NCBI RefSeq assembly: GCF_001194135.2
Contig: NC_068981.1
Coordinates: 53,303,690 to 53,367,689, forward strand
From: Octopus bimaculoides
Taxonomy: Eukaryota
Direction of reading: 5' to 3'
DNA length: 64,000 nt
The translations under genes and the position numbers were made by a program. Of this stretch, positions 25,778 through 38,786 are shown piece by piece (the first letter of the stretch is position 1; every line of letters starts with the position of its first letter). The notes beneath the pieces were generated by a model. It saw only the letters and a program-made list of their open reading frames with translations, did not search any database and was not told the DNA's origin.

Positions 25778-26354
25778 GTAAGTAATTTACTGACATATAT
25801 ATCTCTATTGCCAATCTACTCTTGTCAAAAAAAAAAAGGAAAAAAAATCTAAACAAACCAATTTTGTATTTTTTCTCAAAATGTTTTGGAATTTATATTA
25901 TTATTATTCATTTCCCCATCTTTTCTGCTAAAGGTTTTACTGCACATGTTTTATTTTAAATTATCACTGTAATATAAAATCCCATTTGACATTTCAGTCT
26001 CGAGCGCTGACAATTTAGACATTTTCTCGGTGAGTGGTTGGCTCGCAAAACAACAAATTTCATATTTTATACGGGACTCCCCTGTTGCTGCGTTGTCTGC
26101 TAGATGCAACGGAGGTGATGTTTAGAGGAATTTGGCATCACCTGAGTCTTGATGTTGGCATATTATATTCTCTTTATTATCTTATTTACCTGCATTAATT
26201 TAGAGCTTTATATTATATTTACGTTTTGTTTACTTTCATTTAGTATCCATGGATGTTTTATTACAACATCAAACATCACACCAGGTCTTGTAATTTATGT
26301 GCAAACGTTTTTGTTTTTAACATTGTTGTACACGTTATGCACACGTCTCTCTCT

Positions 26355-26410
<56 letters not shown>

Positions 26411-26879
26411 GTGTGTGTCTAACTAAAAGTGAGCATTCTGTCTATTTGTGCGTAAATATAAATACATTTGCGCGCACGCATATATACGTATATACATTTC
26501 TACGATAATATGTGGGTATACCTATGGCTATACGTAAAATACGTCTATTAGAATGTATGTAGATTCCTCGGTGCGAAGGTGTGTATATGCTTACGCGCAA
26601 AGGTATGTACGTACGTATGCATATATACATAGACTGCGAAATATGTATATATCTATATATGTAAACACGCACACAAGTAGGTATATATGTACATTAAGAA
26701 CACGACCTTATGTTTAGAATCCCAGATGAGCCTACTTCGGGAAAACAGAAAACGGACGGCAACAACTAAGAAATCCCTCATGTACCAACTACCAAGAAAA
26801 AAAGATAAAGTTTACTAACGTCAGTGTGCACCATCATGGCCATACCTTACATACTTGGACACTTACATAAGTGAGATTA

Positions 26880-27078
26880 CATATATGACTATATAGATAT
26901 ATGTATATATATATGAATACATATGTATATATATGTATCTGTACGTACATATATGTATATATATATATGAATACATATGTATGTATATATATGTATCTGT
27001 ACATACATATATGTATATATGTATGTACATATATATATGTACATATATATATGTACATATATGTACATATGTATATAT
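26880..27078. repeat. Compound (TA)/(TACA) microsatellite abutting a 100-N gap (27079-27178)
   Basis: Directly visible. Confidence 0.95.
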
Positions 27079-27227
27079 NNNNNNNNNNNNNNNNNNNNNN
27101 NNNNNNNNNNNNNNNNNNNNNNNNNNNNNNNNNNNNNNNNNNNNNNNNNNNNNNNNNNNNNNNNNNNNNNNNNNNNNNGTTGAAAGGCCAGGGTCCGTGT
27201 GAGCGTACGTCATATAGTTCAAAAACA

Positions 27228-28087
27228 CCTAGATAGTGGAAGCTATCAACTAAGTCTAGTTTTTCTCCCCGGAATGTGGCCAAAGTTGTTTTCTGCACAT
27301 TTTCAGTGTTTACTGCTCCTGAACATCTGCCACATACAAAAACTAACTTCCTAGTTAAGCTTCCTTTGATATTGCTGCACCTCTTATGTGTCCATAGCTT
27401 GCACTGGGTACATCTTGTAGAGTTTCTACGTACGCCTTTTCTACAGATTGAGCAGGACCATCTACCTGAAGGGGTTTGTGTTTTGTCTACCTTTCTACTT
27501 ATTAGGACTTTGGTTTTAGCTTGATTGACTCTAAGGCCTTTCGATTCTAGTCCTTGCTTCTGTGCCTGAAACTTCTCTAGTTCTGATAGAGACTCAGCAA
27601 TTAGTGCAAGGTCACCAGCATAGAGGAGCTCCCAGGGGCATCCTGTCTTGAATTCCTCTGTTGTCGCTTGGAGGACTATGATAAATAGGAGGGGGCTGAG
27701 GACTGAACCTTGGTGAACTCCTACCTCCACCCGGAATTCTTCACTGTACTCGTTGCCAACCCTCACCTTACTGACAGCGTCTCTGTACATGGCTCGCATA
27801 GCTCTCACTAACCATTCTTCTATCCCTAGTTTCCTCATTGACCACCAGATAAGGGATCGGGGCACACTGTCAAAGGCTCTCTCCATGTCAAGGAAAGCCA
27901 AGTACAGAGGTTTATCCTTGGCTAGCTATTTCTCCTGCAGCTGTCTTACTAGAAATATAGCATCAGTGGTGCTTTCTCCAGGAACAAACCCAAACTGCAT
28001 CTCATCTAAACTGACTCTCTCCCTAATTAGTTGGGCTATGACCCTCTTGGTGACTTTCATTACCTAATCCCACAGCTTGATACCTCC
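27228..28087 (-). mobile_element. RTE-clade LINE reverse transcriptase fragment (inactive)
   Basis: RGIKLWD*VMKV...QFGFVPGESTTDAIFLVRQLQEK*...AFLDMERAFDSVPR...GVHQGSVLSPLLFIIV...LLYAGDL (YADD changed to YAGD)...VDSFHYLG. It has two in-frame stops and is truncated at both ends. Confidence 0.95.
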
Positions 28088-28527
28088 GATATATATATAT
28101 ATATATCTATATATGTATGTATATATGTATCTATATATATATGTGTATATATATATATTTATACAGCATCACTGAAGTGTTCTCTCCAGTTTTGTCCGGG
28201 CCTGGGCTAGATATAAGAAAATCCTAGGTAGCCCAATCATCAGGATTCCTCTCTTCACCTTTCTGATTTTGTCCAAAGGAGAGTGTAGAGCCTTACATTT
28301 GGCACCAGCGTGGTTGCAGGAGCTGCTGGAAGAGTGTTGAGTCAAACACTAAACCGCATATGGGGATCTACTCTGGATTTCTTTGAAGGTTTTCTTTGAA
28401 GGTTTTCTCCTTTCCATGACCCTGGATAGGGGCCCATACCGGGTACTGTCAGCTGGAGCCAGCTGAGCCTGGGACTCGTGTCAGGCAGGGCTGTCACTCC
28501 CTGAAGTAGTGAAGGAAATCGCTACTC

Positions 28528-28750
28528 ATTAGAAACATACCAACCAACGAAAACATCTACCTTCTAGGAGATTTTAACGCTCACGTGGGATCTGACCATG
28601 ACTCGTGGCCCATTTCTGTCAGACATTTTGGCATTGGCAACATGAATGACAATGATTAGAGACCGCTTGAATTTTGCACATACCCTGTGCATCACCAACA
28701 TGTTTTTTGCCAACAAGCCATCCCACAAGGCATCTTCGAGACATCCAAGA
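28528..28750 (+). mobile_element. RTE-clade LINE AP-endonuclease fragment, with a probable element 5' region at ~28190-28520
   Basis: IRNIPTNENIYLLGDFNAHVGSDHDSWPISVRHFGIGNMNDND*RPLEFCTY(fs)LCITNMFFANKPSHKASSRHPR contains the GDFNA motif and the LCITNTFF..K...SWRHPR-like motif. Confidence 0.88.
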
Positions 28751-29231
28751 TATCAAAATATCAAGATAATAACCATTCAATAATCATAATATACATGTTA
28801 TTATAATGGATGAAGGGAGGATTATTGAATAGTTATTATCTTGATATTTTGATATTTTTAATAATTTTTCTATCTTTATAAAATAAGTATTTCATATTAA
28901 TTCATTTGGTACTTATTGTTGGTTGAGATAATATATATCTAATTTTTGTTCTACTTACGATCTGACGATTAGCTATATTTTTGAATAGAATTTATTTTCG
29001 ATAATTTCAATTGATTTTAATCGATTTAAATTTCCTTTCTATTTGAAAATTAGTTATGAAACACGCGTAATCTTTTTATTATATTTATCTTATGATANNN
29101 NNNNNNNNNNNNNNNNNNNNNNNNNNNNNNNNNNNNNNNNNNNNNNNNNNNNNNNNNNNNNNNNNNNNNNNNNNNNNNNNNNNNNNNNNNNNNNNNNNNN
29201 NNNNNNNNNNNNNNNNNNNNNNNNNNNNNNN

Positions 29232-29267
<36 letters not shown>

Positions 29268-30155
29268 CAAATGATATATGAGCATATGCATGTATACATA
29301 CATATATGTACATACCTACATCTACATGTATATATAGATGCATATCCGGGTACAGGACGTCGAAAAAGGAATGAGAACATAAACAAAGCACAAAAAACGG
29401 ACTTTTTTTTATGGACAACGGAATGAACACATAGGAAAACAGACAAGCCACTTATGGAACTTTCCTTCATCAGCTACCTCTATTCTAAACTAGGCGTTTC
29501 GAAGATATATATATATATTTATTTATTTGTTTATATATTTATTTATTTATATACTGAATCACCTCCACATTGCTTAGCTTCCTTAGTATTATATATGTGT
29601 GCAGGTGGGTGTATTTGTATCCGGTAATTGGTAACCAATATCATCATCATACAAGCACTGTTGTTTGTTCCTTCGCAGTCTTCCCTGTAAACGAGTCAGG
29701 ACATTGCGCTGTTCATGTAAGATCTATGAGAAACGGGTGAGGGTTAATAACAGGAAGGCAGCCGTTGAAAATTTCCCTGAATGGGTAAATTCGTGGCTCA
29801 TGCAATCTTGGTAGAGGAGACGTTAAAAATTGCTGTGGTATTATGGTGCTGATATTTTTTCAGATATTGACGACTCTTCAGACTTTTAAGAGTTGTCAGT
29901 ATTGCCAAATGCAACATTCAGCACGAAAGCGTCTGTAATATTATATGCCATAACCATGAATATATTGCTTGGCAATGTGTGTGTGTGTATGTGTGTGCAG
30001 CTTTGTAATTTTACCGTCTTTATCGAAGCTCTTTTTGTTAATTGTATTTCAGCTTCCATTTTTTGTGGCGCAGTATATTTCCTAAATTTGTTACGGAGTA
30101 GATTATATAAGGGTTGATCGAAACATCTTGTTTACAAAGCCACTTAATATTTGGA

Positions 30156-30256
<101 letters not shown>

Positions 30257-31477
30257 TACGTAAATAGTATCAACATGATTTAGATAGATATGTTGATGTG
30301 CGGAAACATTAAGAAATTATTTGTTGAACTTGTCGCTTTTAAAAGGGTTTCAGTATGTTTCGTTTATGATAAACCTTTTTTGTTTTTATCTCTCTCAATG
30401 CATATTACTGTTGTAGTTTTGTTTTGTAGTTCTTCTTGTTCAACTATAATCGATGTCCGGATTATAGTAATTAGATTGAGTCTTCGACGGATTTGGTATG
30501 ACGAAAATAAACGACAAAAAAAAAAAAAGCGCATGGGATTATTTAATGTTTTGTCTTTAAGTCTATGTTATCCACGCATTAGTTTTTCTTTTATGCGAGA
30601 ACGATTACAAACACCTGGAATGTTGCTTGCTACTGACTCTGTATCAACATGTTGATATGTTGCGATGAAACGTCAATGCTGACATCCACTTAGTTTAATC
30701 ACTCGAAGTTGATTTATATGAGCGGAAGATGACTGATAGTTTTAATGACTCTTAAAATGCAGTCCACATTTTTGAAATTTGGTACTATGTACAATAGTTG
30801 TTTTTATTATTATTATTAACAATTCAAGATAAGTCAAGTGGTACCATAACCTTGACCTTACTTCTTGTGAACAGACGAAATTTAGTCTTGTTTCTTCTTT
30901 ACAGCGGATTGTTTACTTCATATTTAATAACTAATAACCTATTTTCGTTGGATGGTGATTGGCAAACGCATCAGGCATTTTCTGTTTAGTTAAATTTTTA
31001 AGTTGCTGAAATGAAAGAAAACATACACAATGTATTGGTTTTGTATCTGACAAACAGTGATTCAGCTCAGCTCAGCTCTACTCTACTGGAATTGCTCAGT
31101 AATAAATTATGCATAATTGATGCATGTTCATTCTTACAATTTATTTAGGACTATCTTTTCAAATTGGATCTTCTGCTATTTTTTTTTGTCATTCACTTTC
31201 ATTTTTATTTTATTTACTTATTTGTTACAATTTTTGTAAACAGTACAATTTCTCGCACACTTTTATCCAAAAATTTGGAATCGTTTTACTATCCACGTTT
31301 GAGTTTTAACACCAGAAAATGGAGTGCTTTTCTTTTCGACTGAAATAAAATGATTTATGTATTGCAGTTGTTGCGAGCGAAAATGCTTGCAAATGCGTCA
31401 TATAAATTTGTTTGATATATAATTTCAGTCAAATGCATATGTCCCAAACGACCAAGGAAGTTATTTATATCTCATTT

Positions 31478-31513
<36 letters not shown>

Positions 31514-31528
31514 CTGAGTCGTCTAAGA

Positions 31529-31842
31529 CAGGGGTTTTCAAACTTTTTGACTTGCGGACCCCTTTATATTTCAGGCTTTACCTTAGGGACCCCCTTATAA
31601 ACGCTTATGAAATTTATACATAAATTTTTGCTTAAAATAACATTTTTACATTTATTTATTTAACAGTATTTTACAAATAGGTTTATTGTCAATTAAAAGA
31701 TTTCGATTAAAAAACATATAAAATCAAATTGCCCATAAAACGTATTTGCTGTCTACGGACCCCCTGACTTGTCCTTGCGGACCCCCTGACTTGTCCTTGC
31801 GGACCCCCTGTGGTCCGCGGACCACAGTTTGAAAACCCACTG
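31529..31842. mobile_element. hAT-superfamily MITE with perfect 8-bp TSD
   Basis: TSD GTCTAAGA at 31521-31528 and 31843-31850. TIRs caggggttttcaaact and agtttgaaaacccactg. Confidence 0.93.
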
Positions 31843-32039
31843 GTCTAAGAGACCATAAATAAAGAAACATAATTCTACTTCTACCGCTGTTGGCATTAAA
31901 CCATGTAATGACCATGTGATGGTGTTACGCTATGCGTTGATGTCAGAGGCGTTTCTGACCTGCCCTGTGGTGTAACACCAGCGAGGTCATTATATGGTTT
32001 AAGGCCAATAGTGGTAGGGGTAGAGCTAGGATTACCTAA

Positions 32040-32500
32040 GTTGATATAGTGGATTTCTAACCATCTATATCAAGGGAGCTCCTGTTAAAGGCACTGGACT
32101 TTGTCAAGGCCCACACTGAAGTCAGCAACGAGGACATACGCATTATCATGCACACCAGAAGGACCCTGCTCTTCAGTAAGGGGTCAGCTTGGGCCAAACG
32201 TACTGACCCAGAGGGCTCCTTTGACGTGGCAATGGGGGTGCATTTGACAGTACTGACCTAGTCAGTCTCTTCATCCTAGATACACAAGAAATTCCCTTCA
32301 ACGAGCTTTTAACTCTACAGAGATGGCGCACTGGCAATATCAAGAGGGCCAATGGCCAAACACTAGATATGCTCAGAAAGGACCTCACAAGCACCATGAG
32401 CTCCCTTGGACTGAAGGTCATGATAGAGATCAACCTGAAAACTACAGATTTCCTTGATGTGACCCTGGGTCTGGAATCTGATGCCCATAGGCACTTTAGG
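32040..32500 (+). mobile_element. Penelope-like element RT fragment (decayed)
   Basis: VDIVDF*PSISRELLLKALDFVKAHTEVSNEDIRIIMHTRRTLLFSKGSAWAK...SFDVAMG(fs)AFDSTDLVSLFIL...LYRDG...LGLKVMIEINLKTTDFLDVTL matches the PLE pattern DI..FYPSI...FDVTMG...LYRDD...FLDVTL. Confidence 0.88.
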
Positions 32501-33721
32501 AGTGAGGTGTTTAATCCCTGCCCACATGAAAGAAAATAGATCCTATCATACCTGCATGCCCCAACATGACTGCCTCAACCTTGGCCTTAACCTTTCACCA
32601 ATGCCCTTGAGCCTAGCAAAGAGTTTGACCAAAGCATACACCAATGCACACACACACACTCACACCCCTATAAGGCAGACACCCCACAAAACAGACCGTC
32701 TCCTACCACCCCTAAATATACCCCTTCACATACACATTACACACCACATGCTAACATAACCGCCCCCCCCATCCTTTACAGAAAGAAAACAGATCAACAA
32801 ACACAGCCATATATACCTTCAACCCTAGAAAAAATTTTGCACATGACACCACTACACATGCCACACACCCCATCCTTACAGGAGCACCACACTCAATAAT
32901 GTACACTTCCCCCCTCAAATGCTTTAAAATAACTCTTACCTGTCTCTCAGCATATCCAGCCAAGGGGCATAATTCCTAACCTAATCCCCAGGCCTTTTTA
33001 CAAAGCAGCCGCTGCCAGTTCTGACAATCCACCTCTGACAATAGAGAGCAGTTACCATATTTCCATTTATATTGGCTAACTCTGATGAGTGTAAAGTCAT
33101 ATAATCGAATTGTTACCTAACATGCCATTGTATTCTCTGCATGAAACCGATTAAGATCAGCTGTGATGGATATATAATACTATATATATAGTTTTGATTA
33201 CAAACAATACAGTCGTACTGAAAATGTCCTTGAAATTAGCACAAAATGAAAGCGAAGTGACATTCATTTGTTTCGTTTTTAAGTCTGCTTTACCATGCTA
33301 GAGTGATTTAGACAAGTAGATTGTCAAAACACTGCTTTACAGCTGAATGCCTTTCATGTAACTATTTTTACCTGTTTATCAAGTAAAGTTCATCTCATTC
33401 TACATATCTTTGAGAAATGATAACAGCATCACTGCTTGTATTCAATGATTATCTACAAATTTGAGATTTAGACAAACATGGAAATTTGTGAGTGTTAGAG
33501 TTATGGGTGGGTTGGAGTGGCGAATGATTATGAAAAATATTTAGCACAACCTGAGGAACAAAAAATTATTGAAGAATAAAAAAAGTGGACCCAAATGGGG
33601 GTTGTATGCAGCTAGCTAGTTTATAGATGCAGAGGTCCCTGTATTTGTGGTAGAAAAGGCATATAGAAGAATCACTGTCGGAAAGTCTGTGACTGTATCA
33701 TGCCGTATCATGAATCTTGCA

Positions 33722-33756
<35 letters not shown>

Positions 33757-34332
33757 CTCCATATATATGTAGATCTTACTTGAGCATTGTAAAGGACTAG
33801 CAATTGGTAAGGGAAGAAGTAATTTCTAGCTCTAAAGGGGAAGTTTATTTTTTAGGCTACAGTGTTGACAATGTTATAATTATAAGGCTAGATCCTTGTT
33901 TCAAGTAGTAATCTTTTCCTTTCAAACATAAACTAAAAACTGTTATAAAATTGTTTTTATATTTCTAATAAGTATTAGCTATTTTACAGAAATCTGTCCA
34001 GTATGCTTTCCTTGGCCATTTACTCAGGGGAAAGTTATGCTTCGTCCCTAGAAAAGGACACATGCACACAATACAACCATAGCTGTCAAAGAATAAAACT
34101 GAATAATCAGATAGTAGGGTGGAGATAATCCCATAAAACGAGAATGACAACCCATACATTGTATCCACCACTGTTTCTGGCCCTGCCAAATATTACCCTT
34201 CATCAGCAAAACCTAGAGGTTGATGAAATAAGGCGACCTGAAAAATAAGCTTCCTCTCTGGAGCTAGAACTTTACTAATTGCTAATCCTTTATAATGCTC
34301 GAGTAAGACCTACATATATATGGAAGCAGATG

Positions 34333-34377
<45 letters not shown>

Positions 34378-34429
34378 CATACATATACACACACGCACAC
34401 ACACTCTTTCTCTCTCTCTCTCTACATTA

Positions 34430-34753
34430 ATTTTGATAATAATAAAGAATTTAATAAAATAACTTAGGCGTTATTAATCTTGAGTTTGGAACATAAATAA
34501 GCATGAAATTTTGATTAAATATTCTACCAGTTTTATGTTCAAAGTAGCTTCTCACACCTACACTTCAAAGGCATTCTAAAACTAAACAATCACATCATCC
34601 TCTAAGCAATATGTTAATACATGATAAACTTAAAACAATGTGAATAAATAAGCATTACATTTGACAGTAATCTGAATACTAAAGGGTTAAAACAGGAAGT
34701 TTGTATTTTAGAAGCAAGGGTGGTCTCAGGCAGGTTGGTTTCAAAAGGGTTAA
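34430..34753 (+). mobile_element. Nested TTAA MITEs (first family inside second family)
   Basis: There are two aaagggttaa termini, at 34681-34690 and 34744-34753. The inner segment 34515-34690 resembles 8751-8969 and 57835-58001; the flanks resemble 19810-20031. Confidence 0.7.
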
Positions 34754-35259
34754 ACTATACCCCATTGGCCTTCCCTTTGTTATAGTGTATCCTGTTACAT
34801 TATTTTATCTTCAATATGCTTTCAGAGAAAATATATATTGTTCTATGACAGCGGCATAAATATCTTTTAAAACTTTGAAGATTCAGTGGATCCATTAGAT
34901 TAAATAAGTACTACTTAGCAAATTTATGGTTTCTCTGCATTCATTTGTTGGTTTCTTTTTCAATTTGTTTGCTTTATCTTGGTTATAAATTAATTTTCAG
35001 TATGCATTTGAAAAGTTACATTTTTGTTATATTTGCTTCTGTACTCACAGGGGTCAGAATTTAGATTATGAATGTGTGTGTGTATGCAAAATTGATGATA
35101 AAGTAAAATCATGTAAACAAGCTGGAAACAGTAATAAAAAGTTAAAACTGTAGTAATAATGCATTTTTAAGTGGACATTTAAAGAAAACCTATTCTAGCA
35201 GCAGTTTCAGTGGAATTGTATTTGTTTTAAATGCATATTAAAATAGTTATAAACTGAAA

Positions 35260-35520
35260 AAAGCCTGTCACATACGTGTGTGTGTGTTTGTGTTTCTCCT
35301 TTTATTGACATCACATGATGGATGTTGGCAAGCATCATCATCATAGAAGTGATGTTTGTTTTCAGTTTTCTGTGAAAAACATGTCTGGCCATGGAGAAAT
35401 ATTACCTTGCTTGGAAACAGGTGAGGGTTGGCAACAAGAAGAGCATCCAACTGCAAAAAATTTACCTGTACAAATTCTGTCTGATTCATGCAAGCATAGA
35501 AAAGTATGTTAAATGATGAT
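35260..35520 (+). mobile_element. RTE-tail type SINE remnant
   Basis: ttttctgtgaaaaacatgtctggccatggagaaatattaccttgcttggaaacaggtgagggttggcaacaagaagagcatccaactg...aaatgatgat. Confidence 0.8.
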
Positions 35521-36161
35521 ATTCTTCTCATTGTAATTTTAACTTTTTCATTGAGGATTGTTCACATTTTCTTATTAGAGTCAATGATATTTCAAAACTT
35601 TCAATGTCCTATCTTCTTGATGAAATGATTTTAGTGATAGTTATTGCTGTTTACATGTAGGTGAAAATCCTATAGTGTTGTTTGTATTGTTGTCAAATTT
35701 TAGTCTTTGTTTATTATAGGTATCCTGATATTTTTGTCAATATGAAAATAGTTTGGATGTAGTGTCTGGCAGTGTTTGTTGCTCTTGTGCAAATTTCAGA
35801 AAACAGTTCTCAATTTAGCATGAAACTATTACTAGTAATCATAACCAAATTATTTCATGATTGTGAAAAAAAACAGTATCAAGGATTAAAGTATTTTAAT
35901 TCTGGCAACAATGACTGAGAAACAAACACAGCTACCAGCCATTAAAAATGGGTTCATCCAAAAGTATTGAGCAGTAAAGCCTTAAAATATCAATGGAACT
36001 TGGAAACTTATTTTCTAACAAAAATGTAAAGGACTAATAAGGTTATATGGAAGACTTCAATTAAAAGTAGAGCATTGGTATATTTTCAATAATACATATA
36101 TTGATTATTTATTTTAGATATAACTATTACCCATGAAAATAGATTATAAAACTAGATATTG

Positions 36162-36510
36162 ATCATCATCATCATCGTTTAACATCCGCTTTCCATGCTA
36201 ACATGGGTTGGACGATTTGACTGAGGATTGCTGAAACCGGATGGCAACACCAGGCCCCAATCTGATTTGGCAGAGTTTTTACAGTTGGATGCCCTTCCTA
36301 ACGCCAACCACTCAGAGAGTGTAGTGGGTGCTTTTACGTGTCACCCGCACGAAGGCCAGTCAGGCGGTACTGGCAGCGGCCACGCTCAAAATGGTGTATT
36401 TTATGTGCCACCCGCACAAAAGCCAGTCCAGGGGCACTGGCAATGATCTCACTCGAAAATCCTACGAAGGCCAGTCAGGCGGTACTGGCAACGGCCACGC
36501 TCAAAATGGT
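36162..36510 (-). mobile_element. Young RTE-tail repeat with GC-rich modular interior
   Basis: (atc)n terminus and ctacagttggatgcccttcctaacgccaacc-like core. High similarity to 63561-63840. Confidence 0.85.
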
Positions 36511-38370
36511 AACAAAAAATTTCAGAAATGGATCTGTATTCAAGAAGTTTGAGTATATAAAATTTGATTCTTCTTTTTTTGTTTTGCATTGCAATATGTT
36601 TGTTTTATATCTCAGTAGAATTTTAAAATAGTTTTAGAGATATTTTAATGTTCTGTTTAACTTCTCTACTTTTCATTACAGAAAATAAAACAAGTGATTA
36701 AAACAATCCATGAAACAAATAAATAGAAAACTAAAATCAGGATTATCTAACAAATAACTATAAATGTTAATGAAATTGCAGTGTCTGGTGATTGATTATA
36801 TCTTTAATGACATGCATTAAGCAAGGCCTTTTCACTTGACAGTTTTATCTGATTAATACTGGAAAGCAATTTGCTAGAGCCTTCTAGTTAGTGTTAGCTG
36901 CAAAGTGATATTTTAAGTGTTACATATTTTTCACATTTCTTATTGAAATTACTAAAAGCAAATTCATTATATATTATTTTAACACCATTTACCATTTAAA
37001 AAGGAAATAGATCTGATTTGAAATTGGTATAGTAACATGAATTGGGGATGTATTTTATTTTATCATTGTTAAAAAAAAAAAAAAATCCCATTTAATAAAT
37101 TTGAGTGTCTGTATATTTACTTTCCTTCAGAATAGCGACATTGTTTATCGAGCAAAATAATTTTTTCATTTGTATATTAATATGGTCAATATAGCATGAC
37201 ATTGAGACAGGCCGAGGTCTTATTAGTTCAGTGCCATTTTGTTTAGTATTGTAAATTCCTTCAATTGCCCTAGAGCAGTTCCAATAATTCTTGAGAAAGA
37301 CTATTATAGGATTCAAAATCTTCTGATATACTCGGGGAAACTTGATGCTATGTAGTATGCTTTATAAGTAATTAAAAAATGTGGATGAAATCTGAATTGA
37401 GTTACTAAATTGCATCAGTAGTATAAATTAAATTTAAGCAATTTTATTTTAGAGAAGGTCGGAAAGTTACATAAATTTTATTCCAATCTATTTACTAATT
37501 TTGTATTGTTACTAGGAATTTTATTCAGGTTTATAGTGCTAATACATAATTTTACTTGATTGGTATTCATAAAGTAGCTTAGAATAAACTAAAGATTGTC
37601 TTATGTGGATGAAGCCTTATTTCTTTAATGAAACACCTGCACCAGGTTTGAACTCAATATATGGGATAATTTGTTCAATGTCTTAGTCACTTGACCACAA
37701 CTCTCTTAAAATTGTCTTTATAGGTAAGATAAACATTGTTTACGTTTATTCAAAAGTTACAGATGCTATATTTCTAATGCCATAGCTACTAGAGAAATAT
37801 ATAAAGAATTAGCTACATTACTATAAACTACATTTGTTAAATGAGACGATGGTAATGCTTTGGAAAATTTAGACAAGATTATTAAAAAGTTAGAGATCCC
37901 ATATAAAAAAGAATGGACAGCTAACTAATAGTAATTTCATTATAGCATGGTAGTTGGTTATTTTTGTTCAGATAAATAGTATCCAATAATAGGGAAAATA
38001 CAAGTTAAATGATACATTAGTTTTGAGTAAACTAAGAGTGAATTATACTTTTTATTTGAAGCCATTGCTTCTCAAGAGGCAGAGTGGACCAGTATTTTAG
38101 TGGGATGTGGGTTACTTCAGAATAGAGCAAGTAACAAGTGAATGAAACTTGCAAAATATAACTTGGGGGTTATATTTTGTTCATGGTGAAATGTACATGT
38201 TTTGGAAAATCGAAGTTGGGCAAACAAGGTTGAGAAACATTGTTCTAAACTAAATGTATTGATAGTATCATTTTATTTAAATTTCCTTCTGAGAATGAAG
38301 TGCACAAAACCTCTTGTACTTGAATTGGATATAATGTTAAGTGATCTTAGTGTCTGCACTGAAGATGTTT

Positions 38371-38786
38371 CTACCTACACCTTTTCTACAGATCGAGCAG
38401 GGCCATCTATTTGAAAGGGTTTGTGGTTTGTCTACCTTCCTACTTATTAGGACTTTGGTTTTAGCTAGGTTGACTCTAAGGCCCTTCGATTCTAGTCCTT
38501 GCTTCTACACCTGAAACTTCTCAGTGCAAGGTCATCAGCATAGAGGAGCTCCCTGGAAGACTATGATAAATAGGAGGGGGCTGAGGACTGAACCTTGGTG
38601 GACTCCTACCTCTTCCCAGAATTCTTCACTGTACTCATTACCAACCCTCATCCTACTGACAGCGTCTCTGTACATGGCTCGCACAGCTCTCACTAACCAT
38701 TCATCTATCCCTAGTTTCCTCATTGACCACCAGATAAGGGATTGGGGGGACTCTGTCAAAGGCTTTCTCCATGTCAACGAAAGCCA
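38371..38786 (-). mobile_element. Second copy of the RTE RT family at 27228-28087, with two internal deletions
   Basis: SLIWWSMRKLGIDEWLVRAVRAMYRDAVSRMRVGNEYSEEFWEEVGVHQGSVLSPLLFIIV. This copy keeps ctctatgctgatgac (LYADD). Confidence 0.92.

Noticed and set aside
26834-27901. 355-aa ORF taken as an intact gene
   Set aside because: Only 27228-27901 is RT-like. The rest runs through a 100-N gap and a microsatellite, and the catalytic motif is YAGD.
33080-33165. ctgatgag...gaaac as a hammerhead ribozyme after the PLE fragment
   Set aside because: Stems I and III could not be paired and the core spacing is non-canonical.
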